Positions 61,141-64,000 of a DNA stretch of 64,000 nt are shown in pieces. The stretch lies in contig JAVRCJ020000002.1 in NCBI GenBank assembly GCA_034530875.2, positions 128,001 to 192,000 on the forward strand, written 5' to 3'. A program made the translations under genes and the position numbers. The stretch's first letter is position 1. Every line of letters starts with the position of its first letter. The notes below the pieces were generated by a model that did no database searches, had not been told where the DNA came from, and worked only from the letters and a program-made list of their open reading frames with translations. The stretch is from Nostoc sp. DedSLP01. GTDB taxonomy: Bacteria; Cyanobacteriota; Cyanobacteriia; Cyanobacteriales; Nostocaceae.

Positions 61141-61247
61141 TAAAAAACGATCGCTCAACTGATGAAGCGATGAATCTTGTGCCTTTTTTCCCAAGTTGCA
61201 CTTTAGTTGCATTGACCTAGAAAGTTAACTTAACTAGAGACAAAACC

Positions 61248-61814
61248 ATGAATAAATTCTTTTCGACTCTAACCTTAACAACAGCTACAACTTTAGCTAT
61301 TGCATTCACTGGAGCAACAATCGCTAATCACCTTGTTTTAGGGCAGACATCTATTGACTTAGCCAAGTTACGTAGCGATGCTGTATCTGCACACAACACT
61401 TATCGAGCTAAGCATAAAAGTCCTAACGTCACCATTGATGATACTCTCAACCAGAGTGCCCAAGCTTGGGCACAAACCATAGCAGCTAAAGGTGACTTAG
61501 AACACAGTACCAATCGCAACAATGTCGGAGAGAACATATACTGGGGTGGAGAATCAGCAAACTCAGGTACCGAAGCAACTGACAGCTGGTACAGCGAAGT
61601 TAAAGACTATGACTACAACAACCCTGTATTTTCTAGCTTAACCGGACATTTTACTCAGGTAGTCTGGAAAGGCAGTACAAAAGTAGGCTGCGGTGCTGCA
61701 CCCGGCCCTGCAACAATTGAGGGTACTAAGTACGATGGCGTCTATGTAGTTTGTCAGTATTCTCCCGCAGGAAATGTAAAAGGACAGTTTGCTGATAATG
61801 TCCTAAAACCGTAG
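61248..61814 (+). CDS. Secreted CAP/SCP (PR-1-like) family protein
   Basis: HN.YR..H, GENIYW, WYSE, TGHFTQVVWK.S.KVGCG, VVCQYSPAGN. Confidence 0.92.
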   Translation: MNKFFSTLTLTTATTLAIAFTGATIANHLVLGQTSIDLAKLRSDAVSAHNTYRAKHKSPNVTIDDTLNQSAQAWAQTIAAKGDLEHSTNRNNVGENIYWGGESANSGTEATDSWYSEVKDYDYNNPVFSSLTGHFTQVVWKGSTKVGCGAAPGPATIEGTKYDGVYVVCQYSPAGNVKGQFADNVLKP

Positions 61815-61885
61815 TAGTTGATTGCCAACCGCTAGGTTAAGCGTAAAAGGCGATCGCTACATCATCGATTTTGCCACGGCAAACG

Positions 61886-62345
61886 TTTAACACTGCCAAC
61901 AAGTATAAGTATCAATTATATAAAACAAAGATCCTAGTTTTGACTAGGATCTTTGTTTGATGCGATCGTTGGGGTGTAGACGCGCTGCTTCGGCTTGTCG
62001 TAATACTGTTTCACTTTCAACTTGATACAAATACCTTGGTAGGGGCTTTACAGCTGTCATACGTGTCAACTTAACGTGAAAGCCTTGTCAAAACTCGATT
62101 TTGGATTTACTCACTTCCCATGAAGATCCGCGTTACCCCACCCCAGCTTTGCTGACGCAAAACTTCCCCTCTCCTTGCCAAGGGGAGGGGATTGAGGGGT
62201 GGGGTAAAGTGCTGTGGGATAAGCGTTTGACGTTAAGTTGACACCAATGTACAGCTGTAAAGCCCCTACGGAAAATCCAAATGTATCAAAATTTTCGTGA
62301 AATGGTATGAGACATCGCTCTATAATCCACTTCGCTACAGCAAAA
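61886..62345 (+). promoter_or_regulatory. Repeated operator/promoter cassette, copy 4, split by a 337-bp nested insertion
   Basis: Perfect IR AAACAAAGATCCTAG-ttttga-CTAGGATCTTTGTTT at 61923-61958; TATAAT at 62321. Confidence 0.7.
61977..62313. mobile_element. Nested small repeat / MITE / REP insertion
   Basis: Concentric inverted-repeat pairs, detailed in findings. Confidence 0.75.
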
Positions 62346-62433
62346 TTGTCACAACTGCCTAGCCTGTGCAAGCAAAGCGCATAGGTACAAAAGCTTTCAT
62401 ATCAAGGCAACAAATCAAAACTAATTAACCGTA

Positions 62434-63282
62434 ATGACTGGCAAAATCCACTTTATCTCCGGCTTACCTCGTTCCGGTTCCACCTTACTCGCAGCCTTAC
62501 TGCGGCAAAATCCGCGATTTCACGCCAGTATGACAAGCCCCGTCGGGAGTTTGGTAAACCGAATGCTCGAAGCGATGAGCGAAGACAACGAATATTCTGT
62601 CTTTATCACCCCAGAGCAAAAACGGGCATTAACCTTAACGATATTTTCCACATTCTACCAGCCCCAAGCTGATAAAGAAGTCATCTTCGACACTAACCGC
62701 TTGTGGTGTAGCAAATTGTCTTTAATTCACGAGCTATTTCCTGGCTCAAAGGTGATTTGCTGCGTGCGGAATGTGGCTTGGATTATGGACAGCATCGAAC
62801 GGCTGATTAGAAAAAACGCCTTTGATGTGTCGCGGATGTTTAACAATTCTGGCGAAGGTTCCACAGTTTACACCCGCACCGAAGCTTTGAGTGGTGGGGG
62901 AAGGTTAGTCGGATTTGCTTATAACGCCCTCAAAGAAGCTTTTTATAGCGAACACAGTGCTTGTTTGTTGTTGGTGGACTATGACTTATTAACTCAAGCA
63001 CCAGATAAAACCCTATCGCTAATTTATCAATTCATAGAAGAAGAACCCTTTGACCATGATTTTGACAATGTGGAATATGAAGCTGAGGAATTTGATTCGC
63101 GGCTGAATACCAAAGGGTTACATCAGGTGCGTCGCAAAGTTGAGTTTAAACCGCGATCGACAATCTTACCACCGGATTTATTTGCTCAATATGATGCGTT
63201 GTCTTTTTGGCAGAACCCCAGTAATAGCCGAGCGAATGTGATTGTCGCCCAGCCGATACCAGCGGCGAATTCATCAAGCTGA
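62434..63282 (+). CDS. Sulfotransferase family protein
   Basis: 5'-PSB loop ISGLPRSGSTLL and VRN...I.DS 3'-PB motif. Confidence 0.88.
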   Translation: MTGKIHFISGLPRSGSTLLAALLRQNPRFHASMTSPVGSLVNRMLEAMSEDNEYSVFITPEQKRALTLTIFSTFYQPQADKEVIFDTNRLWCSKLSLIHELFPGSKVICCVRNVAWIMDSIERLIRKNAFDVSRMFNNSGEGSTVYTRTEALSGGGRLVGFAYNALKEAFYSEHSACLLLVDYDLLTQAPDKTLSLIYQFIEEEPFDHDFDNVEYEAEEFDSRLNTKGLHQVRRKVEFKPRSTILPPDLFAQYDALSFWQNPSNSRANVIVAQPIPAANSSS

Positions 63283-63431
63283 GAATTTTCTCTCTTTGTT
63301 GCTGCATAGAGACTGTAGGTTGGGCTTACCGTGTGAAAACCCAACAAAGACTTGCAGATGTTGGGTTTCGTTGCGTCAACCCAACTTACCATTTTCTTCT
63401 CATTTACCTAATACCAAAGGAAATCAATCAA

Positions 63432-64000
63432 ATGACAAATTTCACTGTTAACCAAACCACTGATGACGGAACTGGCTTAACTGCTGGAACCCTCAGTTAT
63501 GCCATTCGCCAAGCTAACCAACTGGCAGGGGATGACACGATTACCATTGATAACGATGTCCGCATCACTGGGGTAATGAAAACCCTGGTGAACAGCAACA
63601 TCACCATTGTCGGCAACAACCACAGTATTAGCGGCGATGCGAATAATGACGGCATCAACAATAACGGCGACGTGCGCCCCCTGTTTATCCTATCCGGAAA
63701 TGTGGAGATTTCCAATTTAACCATCACCAACGGACGAGCTAAAGGCGGAGATAGTGGAGCTGGTGGCGGCGGTGCAGGACTCGGCGGCGGCTTGTTCATC
63801 TATGATGGCAATGTTTCCTTAACCAATGTCGCCTTTACTAATAACGCAGCACAAGGCGGTAGTAGCGGTGTCGGCGGCCGTGGCGGCGGCGGTATGTTTG
63901 GCAACGGCGGCGGCAACGGCGGCGGCGGACTGTTTGCCAGTAGCACTGGCGACAACGGGGGCTACGGGGGCTACGGCAACTACGGCGGCTTTGGCGGCGC
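63432..64000 (+). CDS. Gly-rich secreted/adhesin-like protein, N-terminal part (runs off the window)
   Basis: MTNFTVNQTTDDGTGLTAGTLSYAIRQAN...ISNLTITNGRAKGG...GGGAGLGGGLF...FTNNAAQGG, open to the edge; GG...F.NN beta-helix-like repeats. Confidence 0.8.
   Translation, partial: MTNFTVNQTTDDGTGLTAGTLSYAIRQANQLAGDDTITIDNDVRITGVMKTLVNSNITIVGNNHSISGDANNDGINNNGDVRPLFILSGNVEISNLTITNGRAKGGDSGAGGGGAGLGGGLFIYDGNVSLTNVAFTNNAAQGGSSGVGGRGGGGMFGNGGGNGGGGLFASSTGDNGGYGGYGNYGGFGG

Noticed and set aside
63497..63799. Pro-rich minus-strand ORF
   Set aside because: Antisense shadow of the Gly-rich plus-strand gene starting at 63432

Overview
Chromosomal window from a filamentous cyanobacterium of the Nostoc/Anabaena type, inferred from dense HIP1 GCGATCGC sites, STRR heptamer repeats, REP/MITE clutter and gene content. 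About 1-48 kb is mostly housekeeping: Cu-type P-ATPase, iscA-type carrier, zds/crtQ, cobQ, PrxQ, ABC exporter, two TspO genes, gloA, clpB, isoaspartyl peptidase, a GAF/PAS two-component cluster, pyrD and a HicAB pair. Two loci stand out. (1) At 48.4-50.9 kb a Ro60/TROVE gene is flanked by four unannotated tRNA-like RNAs. Each carries a Y-RNA-type Ro-binding bulged helix capped by a GNRA or UUCG tetraloop in place of the anticodon arm, which looks like a circular permutation of known YrlA RNAs. A fifth copy of the same hairpin pairs over the Ro60 Shine-Dalgarno. (2) At 54-64 kb a NarL-type two-component pair lies divergent from a run of mostly secreted-protein genes. Four transcription units there start with a copy of one palindromic operator/promoter cassette, two of them interrupted by nested mini-elements. 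Two arrays of the same 21-bp repeat and a small basic protein of unknown function sit in the same island. All functional calls come from motif recognition only; no database searches were run.
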